Source: Elusimicrobiota bacterium (GTDB lineage: Bacteria > Elusimicrobiota > Endomicrobiia > Endomicrobiales > Endomicrobiaceae). From it: DNA of 64,000 nucleotides. The position numbers were made by a program, and so were the translations under genes. Position 1 is the first letter of the stretch. Each line of letters starts with the position of its first letter. The notes beneath the pieces were generated by a model. It searched no databases. It was not told where the DNA came from and was given only the letters and a program-made list of their open reading frames with translations. The stretch spans positions 25,174 to 89,173 of the forward strand of contig JAFXOV010000003.1 of assembly GCA_017528425.1 (NCBI GenBank), given 5' to 3'. Below are positions 27,006-37,645 of the stretch, in pieces.

Positions 27006-27731
27006 ATGGAAAATTTAAAAGAAACTTTAGAGCTTTTATATCAATTACAAGAAAAAGACGTAAAAATTTTTGAATTAAAAGAAAACCTTACTAAATTGCC
27101 GAATCTTATAGACGAAAAACAGAAAAAAATTGCCGATGTGAAAGCAAGTTTTGAAAATAAAAAAGCGGAATATGTAAGACTAAATTCTTTGAAAAAAGAA
27201 AAAGAAGCTTTGCTTGCAACAAAAGAAGCTTCGATAGCAAAACATACTTCCGATTTGAATACAATTAAAGCAAACGATATGTATAAAAATTGTTTACTTG
27301 AAATAGAAAAAGCAAAGGCGGACAAAAGTGTTGTAGAAGACGAAATCCTTCAACTTATGGAAGACATTGATAAAGAAATAGTAAATTTAAAGAAATATGA
27401 AGAAGAAACAAAAGTAAAAGAAGCTGAAATTAATAAAGAAATTGCCGATGCAAAGCAAACAATAGAAAAAGCTAAAGAAAATATTGAAACTATACAAAAA
27501 GAAAGAGACGAATTTTCTAAAACAATAGATAAGAACATTTTGTCACAATATGAAAGAATAAGAGAAAGCAGAAACGGACAGGGAATAGCAACAATCGACG
27601 GTGAAAGTTGCAGCGGTTGCAATATGGTTTTAAGACCGCAGTTAATAGTTCAAGCTACAAAATGTAAAGAATTAGTATATTGTGATAACTGTTCCCGAAT
27701 ATTATTTAATAAAAAAGGTATTCAAGAATAA
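27006..27731 (+). CDS. Coiled-coil protein with a C-terminal C4 zinc ribbon (COG1579/DUF164-like)
   Basis: 241 aa. A long heptad-rich region is followed by CSGCNMVLRPQ...YCDNCSRIL. Confidence 0.75.
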   Translation: MENLKETLELLYQLQEKDVKIFELKENLTKLPNLIDEKQKKIADVKASFENKKAEYVRLNSLKKEKEALLATKEASIAKHTSDLNTIKANDMYKNCLLEIEKAKADKSVVEDEILQLMEDIDKEIVNLKKYEEETKVKEAEINKEIADAKQTIEKAKENIETIQKERDEFSKTIDKNILSQYERIRESRNGQGIATIDGESCSGCNMVLRPQLIVQATKCKELVYCDNCSRILFNKKGIQE

Positions 27732-27732
27732 C

Positions 27733-28066
27733 ATAGCAGACGGTTCGTGGTCGCTTTACACTTGTTGTAAAGAGGAAAGTCCGAACTTTACTCTCCTTCG
27801 GGAGAAAAACGGTAGCGGGCAACTCCCGCAGTCCGCAAGGATAGAGGTGCGAGCAGAGACGATTTTTCCTGAAAAGGAAAAATGTTCCTTGAAAAAGGAA
27901 TAGCTCTTACTATAACCAAGGTAAGAGGTGAAACGGCTAAATCCTTACCGGAAAGCAAGATAGCAGTTATTATCGCTTGACCATATAGAGCAATTTATAT
28001 GGCAGAGAAATGACCACAATGTTTACTTGTAAACATACAGAATTCGGTGTATAGCCGTCTGTTTTG
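27733..28066 (+). ncRNA. rnpB: RNase P RNA (bacterial, probably type A)
   Basis: Universal P4 elements GAGGAAAGTCCG (27771-27782) and ACAGAATTCGGTGTATAG (28038-28055). Conserved GGTAAGAGGTGAAACGG, GCAAGATAGCAG and AGAAATGACCAC blocks. A terminal P1 helix pairs GCAGACGG (27736-27743) with CCGTCTGT (28055-28062). Confidence 0.88.
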
Positions 28067-28092
28067 TTATTCTTTAAATAAACACTCCAAAA

Positions 28093-28977
28093 ATGGATAA
28101 AAACTTTTATCATCTGCCGGTTATGGTAAACGAAATAGATCAGTATCTCATAACTAAAGATACGGGATTTTATGTCGATTGCACTTTTGGAGGCGGAGGA
28201 CACAGTTTGTTTGTCCTCAACAAATACAAAAACATTAAAATTATTGCTTTTGACCAAGATACCGATTCTCTAAAAAGATTTAACGAAAATTCCGATTTAC
28301 AAAAATTTAAAGACAGAATTATTTTTTGTCACGATAATTTCAGAAACATTAAAGAAAATTTACAAAAATTGAATATAGAAAAAGTTAACGGATTACTTGC
28401 GGATTTGGGTGTATCGTCAAAACAGCTTGACGATAAAACAAGAGGTTTTTCTTTTAATTCCGATGATTTTCTCGATATGAGAATGAACAAAGAACAAGAT
28501 TTAACAGCTTATGATGTTGTAAACACTTTCAGCAAAGATAAATTGCAGGACATTTTTTTTAAATACGGCGAAGAAAGTTTTTCAAAACAAATTGCGCAAA
28601 AAATAGTCGAAGAAAGATTAAAGGGTAACATAAAAACCTGTAACCAATTAAAAGATATAATTTGTAAAGTTAAATGGTCTAAAGGTAAAATTAATCCGGC
28701 AACACAAATCTTTCAAGCTTTAAGAATTTTTGTAAACGATGAACTTGGAAGTCTGCAAGATTTGTTAAACAGTATTTCAGATGTTTTAGATATCGGAGCA
28801 AGAGCGGCATTTTTAACTTATCACTCTTTGGAAGACAGGCTTGTTAAACAATCTTTTAAAGAAGACGAAAACTTAAAAATAATAAACAAAAAAGTTATAA
28901 CTGCCTGTGAAGAAGAAATAAAAACAAATCCGAGAAGCAGAAGTGCAAAATTAAGAGTAGCGGAAAAAATATTATGA
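28093..28977 (+). CDS. rsmH: 16S rRNA (cytosine1402-N4)-methyltransferase
   Basis: 294 aa. Motifs HLPVMVNEI and DCTFGGGGHS, with a DLGVSS..LD motif. Confidence 0.92.
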   Translation: MDKNFYHLPVMVNEIDQYLITKDTGFYVDCTFGGGGHSLFVLNKYKNIKIIAFDQDTDSLKRFNENSDLQKFKDRIIFCHDNFRNIKENLQKLNIEKVNGLLADLGVSSKQLDDKTRGFSFNSDDFLDMRMNKEQDLTAYDVVNTFSKDKLQDIFFKYGEESFSKQIAQKIVEERLKGNIKTCNQLKDIICKVKWSKGKINPATQIFQALRIFVNDELGSLQDLLNSISDVLDIGARAAFLTYHSLEDRLVKQSFKEDENLKIINKKVITACEEEIKTNPRSRSAKLRVAEKIL

Positions 28978-29264
28978 ACGGAACACAATTAAAAAAACTG
29001 TTTATACTTACGTTAGTTTGTTTCATTTGTTATTTTATTGTCATCGGACAAATGAATAATAAATTGGTAAGCTTAAGAATAAAGATTACCGATCTTAAAG
29101 AAAATTACGATATATTGGAAAACAAATCCAATGCCATGAAAGCAGAAATAAAAGCATTGCTTTCCATAAAAAATCTTGAAAAAATTGCCAAAGAAAAAAA
29201 TTTTAATAAACCGACAAAAGAACAAAAAATAATAATACAAAATGATAAAGATAAAGAAGAGTAA
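28974..29264 (+). CDS. ftsL: FtsL-like cell-division protein
   Basis: 96 aa. One TM helix followed by a coiled coil. It lies between rsmH and ftsI with 4-nt and 23-nt overlaps. Confidence 0.6.
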   Translation: MNGTQLKKLFILTLVCFICYFIVIGQMNNKLVSLRIKITDLKENYDILENKSNAMKAEIKALLSIKNLEKIAKEKNFNKPTKEQKIIIQNDKDKEE

Positions 29265-31158
29265 ACAAAAACCACCATTTTTTAGCTTTGCAACATTAAA
29301 GAAATATTTAAATGCAAATCCGTTTTCTTCTTCGGCAAGACAAAAAATTATTATAGGTTTTTTGTTCTTCTTTTTTGCCTTAATAATAATAAAGCTTATT
29401 AACTTACAGGTATTTCAACATTCCGATCAAGATCAATTTGTAAACAGTATGGCATATAAGGAAAGCGAAGAACTTCAACAAAGGGGTTTTATTTTCGACA
29501 GAAATAAAGATACTTTGGCAATGAGTGTAAAAACCTACACTATATCTCTCGATGCAAAAATGATGCCGGATATCAAAGCAATAGAAGATTTGTTGTCAAG
29601 ACACGACATTTATTTAAACCCGTCCCATTATAAATCGATAGAAGCAAAAAAAAGATATATTCCCATAAAAAATAATATTTCCGAACTTACAATACTTGAA
29701 ATAAAACAAGATATTGCAACGGAAAGAAAGAAAATAAAAGAAAGAATACGGCAATTAAAAAAAGACAAAAAACTTTATAAAAAAGACAAAGAAAAACAAG
29801 AACAGTGTATTGCCGAACTTAACAGTATAAAAGAAGATAAATTTGTTTGTATAAAAATAGAAAGCAAATATAAACGAGTTTATCCGGAAAAAGAACTTGC
29901 CGCACATGTTATAGGAAAAGTAAATTCCGAAAATGTAGGAACAAACGGAATAGAAAAAGCTTGTGAAGAACAGCTTAACGGTGAAAACATAAAAAGATCA
30001 AAAATGGTAATCAACAATTACAAAAGTGTGTATATGGACTCTTTAGACGATGAAAACATAGAACAATCCAACAACGTGACTTTAACTATAGACAGAAAAC
30101 TTCAATTTATTGCCGAAGACGAACTTGAAAAAGGTTTAATAAGAACAAAATCAAAAAGAGGCGTTGCAATAATACAAAATCCGCATAACGGAGAAATTCT
30201 TGCAATGGCATCTCTTCCTACTTACAATCCCGAAGAGAAAGTAGGAAAGCAGGAATATTTAAGAAATAATGCAATAAGCATGACCGCAGAACCGGGCTCT
30301 ACTTTTAAAATCGTTATACTGTCTACAGTGCTTGATAGAGGTATTTTCAAGTTAACCGATAAAGTTTATTGCGAAAACGGAAACTTTAAAATTTTCGGTG
30401 CAACAATACACGATCACGACAAACAAAAAACTATCACCGTTCAACAAATATTGGAACAATCTTCAAATGTCGGCACATCCAAACTTGCATTAAAAACAGA
30501 TAACGAAGTCTTTTATAAATACATTTTAGATTTCGGTTTCAATTCCCGCACGGGAATAGAATTAACCGGAGAAGAAAAAGGTATTGTTTCTCCCGTAAAA
30601 AAATGGAGTAAAATAAGTCCTTGTTCTTTATCGTTCGGACAGGAATTATTTGTTACTCCGTTACAAACAATAGGCGCATATTCAACCATAGCCAACGGCG
30701 GAACACTTTTAAAACCTAAAATAATAAAATCTATTGCAGATAAAGAGTGTCCGGAAAAAGAAGTGGTAAGAAGAAATGTAATAAGTGAAGATACCGCTTA
30801 TAAAGTAAAGCAAGCATTGGCCGGTGTCGTAAAAGACGGAACAGGCAAATCTGCTCGTGTTCCCGGATATACGGTAGGCGGAAAAACGGGAACCGCACAA
30901 AAATTTGATCAACAACTGAGAAAATATTCAAAGAAAAATTATTTGGCATCATTCTGCGGAATGTTGCCGGCAATGGACCCGGAAATAGTAATTCTTGTCG
31001 TGTATGATGAACCTTACGGAGACGAATATTATGCATCTACGGTTGCTGCTCCCGTGTTTTCAAAAATAGCACAAAGAGCAGCTGAATATCTTAATATAAA
31101 ACCGGATAAGCCCGAAGAGTTAGTCGAGAAAAAAACAAAAAAAGGAACAAAAAAATGA
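29242..31158 (+). CDS. ftsI: Penicillin-binding protein (FtsI/PBP3-class transpeptidase)
   Basis: 638 aa. N-terminal TM helix, and the motifs STFK (GSTFKIV), SSN (QSSNVG) and KTGT. Confidence 0.88.
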   Translation: MIKIKKSKQKPPFFSFATLKKYLNANPFSSSARQKIIIGFLFFFFALIIIKLINLQVFQHSDQDQFVNSMAYKESEELQQRGFIFDRNKDTLAMSVKTYTISLDAKMMPDIKAIEDLLSRHDIYLNPSHYKSIEAKKRYIPIKNNISELTILEIKQDIATERKKIKERIRQLKKDKKLYKKDKEKQEQCIAELNSIKEDKFVCIKIESKYKRVYPEKELAAHVIGKVNSENVGTNGIEKACEEQLNGENIKRSKMVINNYKSVYMDSLDDENIEQSNNVTLTIDRKLQFIAEDELEKGLIRTKSKRGVAIIQNPHNGEILAMASLPTYNPEEKVGKQEYLRNNAISMTAEPGSTFKIVILSTVLDRGIFKLTDKVYCENGNFKIFGATIHDHDKQKTITVQQILEQSSNVGTSKLALKTDNEVFYKYILDFGFNSRTGIELTGEEKGIVSPVKKWSKISPCSLSFGQELFVTPLQTIGAYSTIANGGTLLKPKIIKSIADKECPEKEVVRRNVISEDTAYKVKQALAGVVKDGTGKSARVPGYTVGGKTGTAQKFDQQLRKYSKKNYLASFCGMLPAMDPEIVILVVYDEPYGDEYYASTVAAPVFSKIAQRAAEYLNIKPDKPEELVEKKTKKGTKK

Positions 31159-32642
31159 ACTTAAAAAATTTAATCGACACAATAAAAGTTAAAGAGATTT
31201 TCGGAAATACGGATATAGATATAACAGGATTATCTTACGATTCCAGAAAAATTTCGCAAGGGAATATATTTTTTGCAATGAAAGGTGCTCATACCGACGG
31301 AACAGAATTTGCAAAACAAGCAATTGAAAAAGGTGCGGTATGTGTTGTTTCCGAAACAAAAATAAACGATTGTAATTGCACAAACATAATTGTTGATGAT
31401 ATTTTAGACACGATGGCAAAAATCAGTGCAAAGTTTTACGACTATCCCGATAAAAAGTTAACCGTTATCGGTGTTACGGGAACTAACGGCAAAACATCCA
31501 TAACATATATGACCGAATCAATATTCAAAAAACTAAATACAGATATAGGTGTAATAGGAACCATCAGTTACAGATATGGAGATGTTGTTATCGATGCCCC
31601 CAATACTACCCCCCAATCTTTAGATTTGTATAAGATGATGGCGGAAATGGTAAAACGAAACATAAAATATTTAATAATGGAAGTTTCTTCTCATTCTCTC
31701 GTATTGGGCAGGGTTTCCGGTATAGAATTCGATGTGGCTGTTTTCACAAATTTAACGCAAGATCATCTCGATTTTCATAAAAGCATGGATAACTATTTTA
31801 ATGCAAAAAAAATGCTGTTTTCTTCGTTATCAACTAATTTAAAAAACAATAAAAAGTTTGCTATAATTAACTCTGACGATTTTTACGGTAAAAAACTTTT
31901 GGAAGATACCGATATTACGGCAACAAAAGTTTCTTATTCGACTTGTTCAAAATACGGAAATTTGTATTGTTTTGCAAAAGATGTTTCGTTAAACAGCGAA
32001 TATAGTTCTTTTAATTTGGAATCTGCTTTCGGTAATGCACAAATAAAAACAAATCATGTCGGTATGCATAACATATACAACATTCTTGCGGTATTCGGCA
32101 TTTGTATGGCAATAGGGCTTGATTTCAATAAAGTTGTCGAATGTTTAAAAAACATATCCGGTGCTCCCGGAAGACTCGAAAGAGTAAACGGCAGCAAAGA
32201 TTTTTCGGTTATAGTTGATTATGCGCATACGGACGATGCTTTAAAAAATGTATTATCCGCAATAAAGAGTTTAAATCCGGCAAAAATTATTACGGTATTC
32301 GGATGCGGCGGTAACAGAGATAAAACTAAAAGACCGAAAATGGCAAAAGTTGCCTGCAGCATGAGCGATTTTGTTTTTATTACTTCCGATAACCCCAGAG
32401 AAGAAAATCCCGTAGAAATAGTTGAAGATGTTGAAGCCGGAGCAAAAGAAATAAACAAAACAAATTATAAAGTTGTCGTTGACAGAAAAGAAGCAATAAA
32501 AGAAGCAATTATCAGTGCAAACAAAAACGATGTAGTTTTAATAGCAGGCAAAGGACACGAAAATTATCAAATAATAGGAAGAACAAAAATTCATTTTGAC
32601 GACAGAGAAACAGCTTCGGAAATATTAAAAAATTTCAGGTAA
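31155..32642 (+). CDS. murE: UDP-MurNAc-L-Ala-D-Glu--2,6-diaminopimelate ligase
   Basis: 495 aa. GVTGTNGKTS, and the DAP-specific DNPR motif within TSDNPREE. Confidence 0.92.
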   Translation: MNLKNLIDTIKVKEIFGNTDIDITGLSYDSRKISQGNIFFAMKGAHTDGTEFAKQAIEKGAVCVVSETKINDCNCTNIIVDDILDTMAKISAKFYDYPDKKLTVIGVTGTNGKTSITYMTESIFKKLNTDIGVIGTISYRYGDVVIDAPNTTPQSLDLYKMMAEMVKRNIKYLIMEVSSHSLVLGRVSGIEFDVAVFTNLTQDHLDFHKSMDNYFNAKKMLFSSLSTNLKNNKKFAIINSDDFYGKKLLEDTDITATKVSYSTCSKYGNLYCFAKDVSLNSEYSSFNLESAFGNAQIKTNHVGMHNIYNILAVFGICMAIGLDFNKVVECLKNISGAPGRLERVNGSKDFSVIVDYAHTDDALKNVLSAIKSLNPAKIITVFGCGGNRDKTKRPKMAKVACSMSDFVFITSDNPREENPVEIVEDVEAGAKEINKTNYKVVVDRKEAIKEAIISANKNDVVLIAGKGHENYQIIGRTKIHFDDRETASEILKNFR

Positions 32643-32648
32643 TATAAA

Positions 32649-34055
32649 ATGGAAAATTTTTATTTAATGGACTTAATAAATGCGGTAAACGGTTCTTTTG
32701 TATTGGGTAATCCCCACTTACCTATAGGAGAAGTAGGAATAGATACAAGAACAATAAAACAAGATTCTTTGTTTTTTGCAATAAAAGGTAAAAGTTTAGA
32801 CGGACACGATTATATAAGAGAAGCTATAGAAAAAAAAGTTTCGGCAATCGTATATTCAAGAGACGATATAAATTTTGAAAATTTGTTCCCTACATTACCG
32901 TCATTGGTGAAAGTTCAAGACACATCCGTTGCTTTGGAACAATTAGCCAAAGCATACAGAAAAAGGTTTAATCTTTTACAATGTGTTGCAATTACCGGCT
33001 CAAACGGTAAAACAACAACAAAAGAAATGTTGGCATCCATATTCAGGCAAAAAGGTAAAACTTTATCCAACCAGGGAAACTTTAATAACAGAATAGGTGT
33101 TCCTTTAACGGTGTTTAATCTTACCAGCGATACCGAATATGCTGCAATCGAAATAGGAACGTCAGAATTCGGAGAAATAAAAGCTTTAACCGATATCATA
33201 GCTCCACATTGCGGAATAATAACAAATATCGGCAGTTCTCATTTGGAATTTTTTAAAACTCCGGAAAACGTTTTAAAAGAAAAAAGAACTTTAATAGACG
33301 GTATAGACGATGACGGTTTTATAGTATTGAACAATGAAAACCCGTATTTAAAATCAATAATTCCGCAAGCAACAAAAAAAGTTATTACTTTCGGTTTATA
33401 TAACGGAGCTGATGTTTATGCCAAAAACATAAAGTTATGGTTAGACAAACCTCTTTTTGACATGTATATCGACGGAGAAAAAGAAACAATAGAACTTCCG
33501 ATAAAAGGTAAATTTAATATTTTCAATGCTTTGGGAGCAGCCGCAGTTGCATACGGGTTGGGTTTTTCTCTTCAAGAAATAAAAGAAGGGCTTGCAACTT
33601 GCACTCCGCCGAAAATGAGAATGCAACCTTACACGTTGGGTAACGGCGCTGTTATGGTAAACGATGCTTACAATGCAAACCCTACATCAATGCAAACATC
33701 AATAAAAAGTCTTTCACAATCTTATCCGAACAGAGAAGTAATTTTAGTTTTGGGAGATATGTTGGAATTAGGTGAAAAAACAGCAGATTATCATGCAGAA
33801 CTCGGTAAGTACATAAACACTTTACCAAACATTAAATCAGTTTATTTGTTTGGAGATTTGGTTAATCATTTAAAGAGAGAACTTACCGACAAGCAATCAA
33901 AATATTTTATATCAAAAACTATTCTTTGCGAAGAAATAATGGAAGATATAAAAGAAAATTCATTGGTATTCATAAAAGGTTCAAGAGGTATGAAACTTGA
34001 TGAAATTTACAACGAGATAATTACGGCAGATAAAATTAAAAGGGGTATAAAATAA
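32649..34055 (+). CDS. murF: UDP-MurNAc-tripeptide--D-Ala-D-Ala ligase
   Basis: 468 aa. ITGSNGKTTT and NDAYNANP. Confidence 0.9.
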   Translation: MENFYLMDLINAVNGSFVLGNPHLPIGEVGIDTRTIKQDSLFFAIKGKSLDGHDYIREAIEKKVSAIVYSRDDINFENLFPTLPSLVKVQDTSVALEQLAKAYRKRFNLLQCVAITGSNGKTTTKEMLASIFRQKGKTLSNQGNFNNRIGVPLTVFNLTSDTEYAAIEIGTSEFGEIKALTDIIAPHCGIITNIGSSHLEFFKTPENVLKEKRTLIDGIDDDGFIVLNNENPYLKSIIPQATKKVITFGLYNGADVYAKNIKLWLDKPLFDMYIDGEKETIELPIKGKFNIFNALGAAAVAYGLGFSLQEIKEGLATCTPPKMRMQPYTLGNGAVMVNDAYNANPTSMQTSIKSLSQSYPNREVILVLGDMLELGEKTADYHAELGKYINTLPNIKSVYLFGDLVNHLKRELTDKQSKYFISKTILCEEIMEDIKENSLVFIKGSRGMKLDEIYNEIITADKIKRGIK

Positions 34056-34056
34056 T

Positions 34057-35130
34057 ATGTTCTACCATATTTTTTACACATTACTAAACATAAACCTTTT
34101 CCAATACATCACGTTTAGAGCAGGTGGTGCAATTTTAACAAGTTTAATAATAACATTTCTAATTGCTCCCGCAATTATAAGAAACTTAAAAAAATATAAA
34201 ATCGGTCAGGTAGTAAGAAGCGATGGACCGAAAACTCATCAAATAAAAGCCGGAACAACAACGATGGGCGGAATAATAATTTTGTTATCCTTACTTGTAT
34301 CGACAGTTTTATGGGCAAGATTAGATAACCATTTTATTTTATGGTTAATAGCAGCAACAATATATTTCGGTATGATAGGCTTTTTCGACGATTATTTAAA
34401 GTTGGTAAAGAAAAATCCTAAAGGTTTGTCCGCAAAGAAAAAATTATTGTTTCAATCTGTTTTCGCCATAGGTGTAATAGCATACTTATATTTTTATCCG
34501 ACAAACGAACAGTTTGCAACTTCATTAAATATTCCATACTTAAAAACAACTTTCGTAGAATTATCTTTCTTATATTTTGTATTAATATTTCTTGTTATCG
34601 TCGGAAGTTCAAACGCGGTAAACTTAACTGACGGGCTCGACGGACTTGCAACCGGTAATATTATAATTGCAGCGGTAACACTTGCAATATTTTCTTATCT
34701 TATAGGGCATTCGCATATAAGTTCTTACTTGAAAGTTTCTTATGTAGCAGGTGCCGGTGAAATTTCGGTATTTTTGATGGCATTATTCGGTTCCGGACTC
34801 GGCTTTTTATGGTACAACTCATACCCTGCAGAAATCTTTATGGGTGATACCGGGAGCTTATGCCTTGGCGGTCTTTTAGGATTGACAGCTGTATTTATTA
34901 AACAAGAACTTATTCTTTTTATATTAGGAGGAATATTTGTAGCAGAAGCATTATCGGTCATGATACAGGTTTCCGTTTTCAAGAGAACACAAAAAAGAGT
35001 TTTTAGAATGGCACCTTTACATCACCACTTTGAGTTGGGCGGTCTTGCCGAAACAAAAGTAACGATAAGATTTTGGATAATAGGAATTGTCCTTGCTATT
35101 ATATCAATAGCTTCTCTCAAATTGAGATAA
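34057..35130 (+). CDS. mraY: Phospho-MurNAc-pentapeptide translocase
   Basis: 357 aa, polytopic. Motifs NAVNLTDGLDGLA, MGDTGSL and APLHHHFE. Confidence 0.95.
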   Translation: MFYHIFYTLLNINLFQYITFRAGGAILTSLIITFLIAPAIIRNLKKYKIGQVVRSDGPKTHQIKAGTTTMGGIIILLSLLVSTVLWARLDNHFILWLIAATIYFGMIGFFDDYLKLVKKNPKGLSAKKKLLFQSVFAIGVIAYLYFYPTNEQFATSLNIPYLKTTFVELSFLYFVLIFLVIVGSSNAVNLTDGLDGLATGNIIIAAVTLAIFSYLIGHSHISSYLKVSYVAGAGEISVFLMALFGSGLGFLWYNSYPAEIFMGDTGSLCLGGLLGLTAVFIKQELILFILGGIFVAEALSVMIQVSVFKRTQKRVFRMAPLHHHFELGGLAETKVTIRFWIIGIVLAIISIASLKLR

Positions 35131-35133
35131 AAA

Positions 35134-36468
35134 ATGGCAAAAAACAACGGCATCAAAATAACAGTGTTAGGTTTGGGAAAGTCCGGAATTGCATGTGCAA
35201 ACTTGGCAATATCAAAAGGTTATACTGTTTTTGCAAGTGACAGCGGCAAAGTAAGAACTCACAAACAAATGAAATTAAACAAGAAAGTTGAAGTTGAGTT
35301 CGGTAAACATTCTTTAAAAGTTCTTGAAAGTGACATAATAGTAAAAAGCCCGGGATTACCTAACGAGCTTGAAATTCTTAAACAGGCAAGAAAACAAGAA
35401 ATACCCGTTTTAAGCGAACTCGATTTTGCATTAAACTTCGCAAAACCTAAAAAAATAATTGCAGTTACGGGAACTAACGGTAAAACTACCACAACAACCT
35501 TAATTTACGAAATAATCAAAAAAGGATACAAAAACACATTTGTTGCAGGAAATATAGGGTTTCCGATATCAGAAGTTGTAACAAAACTAAACTCAAAATC
35601 TGTTTTGGTTTTGGAACTGTCTTCTTATCAACTTGAAGATTCCCCTCTTTTTAGGCCGAATATAAGTGTCAGCATGAACATTACTCCCGACCACTTAAAA
35701 CATCATCACACAATGGCAAACTATGTAAAAGCTAAAGCAAACGTGTTTATAAATCAAAATAAACAAGATTTTGCAATATACAACTATGAAGACAAATATT
35801 TAAAAAAATCCATTCTAAAAACAAAAGCGGTAAAGTTTGAATTTAATAACAACAAAACTAAAAACTGTATTTGTTTTAAAGACGGAACAATTTATTTAAA
35901 GAAAAATAACAAAACCGTAAAACTTAATCCTAAAATAAATATTCCGGGAAAACATAACATAGATAACATACTTGCTTCCGTTGCTGCAAGTTTTCTTGCA
36001 GGCACAAAAAAATCCGTAATTGAAAAAGTTATATCCGGATTTAAAGGTGTGGAACACAGGATAGAATTTGTAAAAGAAATAAACGGTGTAAAATATTATA
36101 ACGATTCTAAAGGAACAAATGTCGATTCCACAAAAGTTGCACTTGAATCGTTCGACAAAAATATTCAACTTATACTCGGCGGGCAAGATAAAGGAAGCCC
36201 GTATAAACCTATTGTTAATCTAATAAAGAAAAAAGTAAAAAATATATTTTTAATCGGTGAAGCAGCAGATATAATAAAAAAACAACTTAAAGGTTCCGCA
36301 CCTATGGTAGATTGTAAAACTTTATCGAACGCAATAAAAAAAATATATTCGGTAGCACAGAAAGGTGACATTGTTTTATTTTCCCCCGCATGTGCATCGT
36401 TCGACCAATTTAACGATTTTGAACATAGAGGCAGAGAATTTAAAAAATTTGTTTTAGCTATAAAATAA
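35134..36468 (+). CDS. murD: UDP-MurNAc-L-Ala--D-Glu ligase
   Basis: 444 aa. An N-terminal Rossmann fold (LGLGKSG), VTGTNGKTTT, and YNDSKGTN. Confidence 0.9.
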   Translation: MAKNNGIKITVLGLGKSGIACANLAISKGYTVFASDSGKVRTHKQMKLNKKVEVEFGKHSLKVLESDIIVKSPGLPNELEILKQARKQEIPVLSELDFALNFAKPKKIIAVTGTNGKTTTTTLIYEIIKKGYKNTFVAGNIGFPISEVVTKLNSKSVLVLELSSYQLEDSPLFRPNISVSMNITPDHLKHHHTMANYVKAKANVFINQNKQDFAIYNYEDKYLKKSILKTKAVKFEFNNNKTKNCICFKDGTIYLKKNNKTVKLNPKINIPGKHNIDNILASVAASFLAGTKKSVIEKVISGFKGVEHRIEFVKEINGVKYYNDSKGTNVDSTKVALESFDKNIQLILGGQDKGSPYKPIVNLIKKKVKNIFLIGEAADIIKKQLKGSAPMVDCKTLSNAIKKIYSVAQKGDIVLFSPACASFDQFNDFEHRGREFKKFVLAIK

Positions 36469-36469
36469 A

Positions 36470-37645
36470 ATGACTAACTTCTTTTTTAATAACAAAATCA
36501 TAAACGGATTAAAGAAAAATAAAGATGCGAGATTTCTTTCATATTGGACTTCTGGCCTGATTGTTATAGGTGTTTTAGCCGTTGCGTCATGCAGTGCCAT
36601 GGTAAGCATAAATTCTCCGTTCGACTGTATTTCAAAACATCTTATGAATATAGGTTTAGGGTTCGGTCTTTTTATTATTGCTTCTTTTTTTGATTACACA
36701 AAATACAGAAAATTTTCTTTTTTCCTTTTTATATTAACAACGGTATTATTGTTATCCACTATTTTTTTCAGAGAAATAAACGGTGCTCACAGATGGATAA
36801 ATCTCGGATTTTTTAATTTTCAACCGTCGGAAATGGCAAAACTTGTAATGATAATACTAATGTCGGACTTTCTTACCAGACACAAACATCATATAAACAC
36901 TTGGAACGCAAACGTTTTTCCGTGCGTATATTTAGGTGTATTTTGTTTTATTATTTTTATTATGCAAAGTGATTTAGGAACGGCTTTCTTACTTTTTGCT
37001 ATATGGTCATCACTTTTGATTGTAGCCAAAATAGATGTAAAACGAATGCTTTTAATTGTTTTAGCTTGTGTATTGGCTTTAGCTGTAGCAATAGCAATAA
37101 AACCTTACAGAAGAAAAAGAGTGTTAACTTATATCAAACCTGTCATTCAATATGTTATGAAAACAAATACTGCGGAAACTCCGCAATCAAAGGCAGAAAA
37201 AATTAAAAATTCCGATTCATATAATTCCGATATAGCTTTTGCAGCCTTCGGATCCGGCGGTTTAACAGGCAAAGGTGCGGGCAAGAGCGATACAAAATTG
37301 AGATACTTACCTGAAAAACATACCGACTATATTTTTCCTATTATAGGCGAAGAGCACGGCCTTATAGGAACATTACTTACCGTCTTTCTTTTTATTATGT
37401 TCACAAAAACGGCTCTGAATATTAACAGTAAATGTAAAGATGAGTTTGGGAAATATTTATCTTTAGGAATAATTTTAACCATAACCGGACAAGCTATCAT
37501 CAATATGGGTATGACTACAGGCATTTTACCGTCTAAGGGAATACCTCTGCCTTTTATTTCTTACGGAGGTTCGGCAATGCTTATAAATTGTTATATGGTA
37601 GGAATACTCGTTAATATTGCAAGGAGCAACAGCAGATTATTATGA
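36470..37645 (+). CDS. ftsW: SEDS-family peptidoglycan polymerase FtsW
   Basis: 391 aa, polytopic. Motifs FQPSEMAKL, HTDYIFPIIGEE and SKGIPLPFISYGGS. Confidence 0.88.
   Translation: MTNFFFNNKIINGLKKNKDARFLSYWTSGLIVIGVLAVASCSAMVSINSPFDCISKHLMNIGLGFGLFIIASFFDYTKYRKFSFFLFILTTVLLLSTIFFREINGAHRWINLGFFNFQPSEMAKLVMIILMSDFLTRHKHHINTWNANVFPCVYLGVFCFIIFIMQSDLGTAFLLFAIWSSLLIVAKIDVKRMLLIVLACVLALAVAIAIKPYRRKRVLTYIKPVIQYVMKTNTAETPQSKAEKIKNSDSYNSDIAFAAFGSGGLTGKGAGKSDTKLRYLPEKHTDYIFPIIGEEHGLIGTLLTVFLFIMFTKTALNINSKCKDEFGKYLSLGIILTITGQAIINMGMTTGILPSKGIPLPFISYGGSAMLINCYMVGILVNIARSNSRLL

Noticed and set aside
27682-28257. ORFs 27682-27903 (+, 73 aa) and 27970-28257 (-, 95 aa)
   Set aside because: Both lie across the RNase P RNA, which explains the conservation-like structure. 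The minus-strand ORF also runs antisense into the rsmH start.
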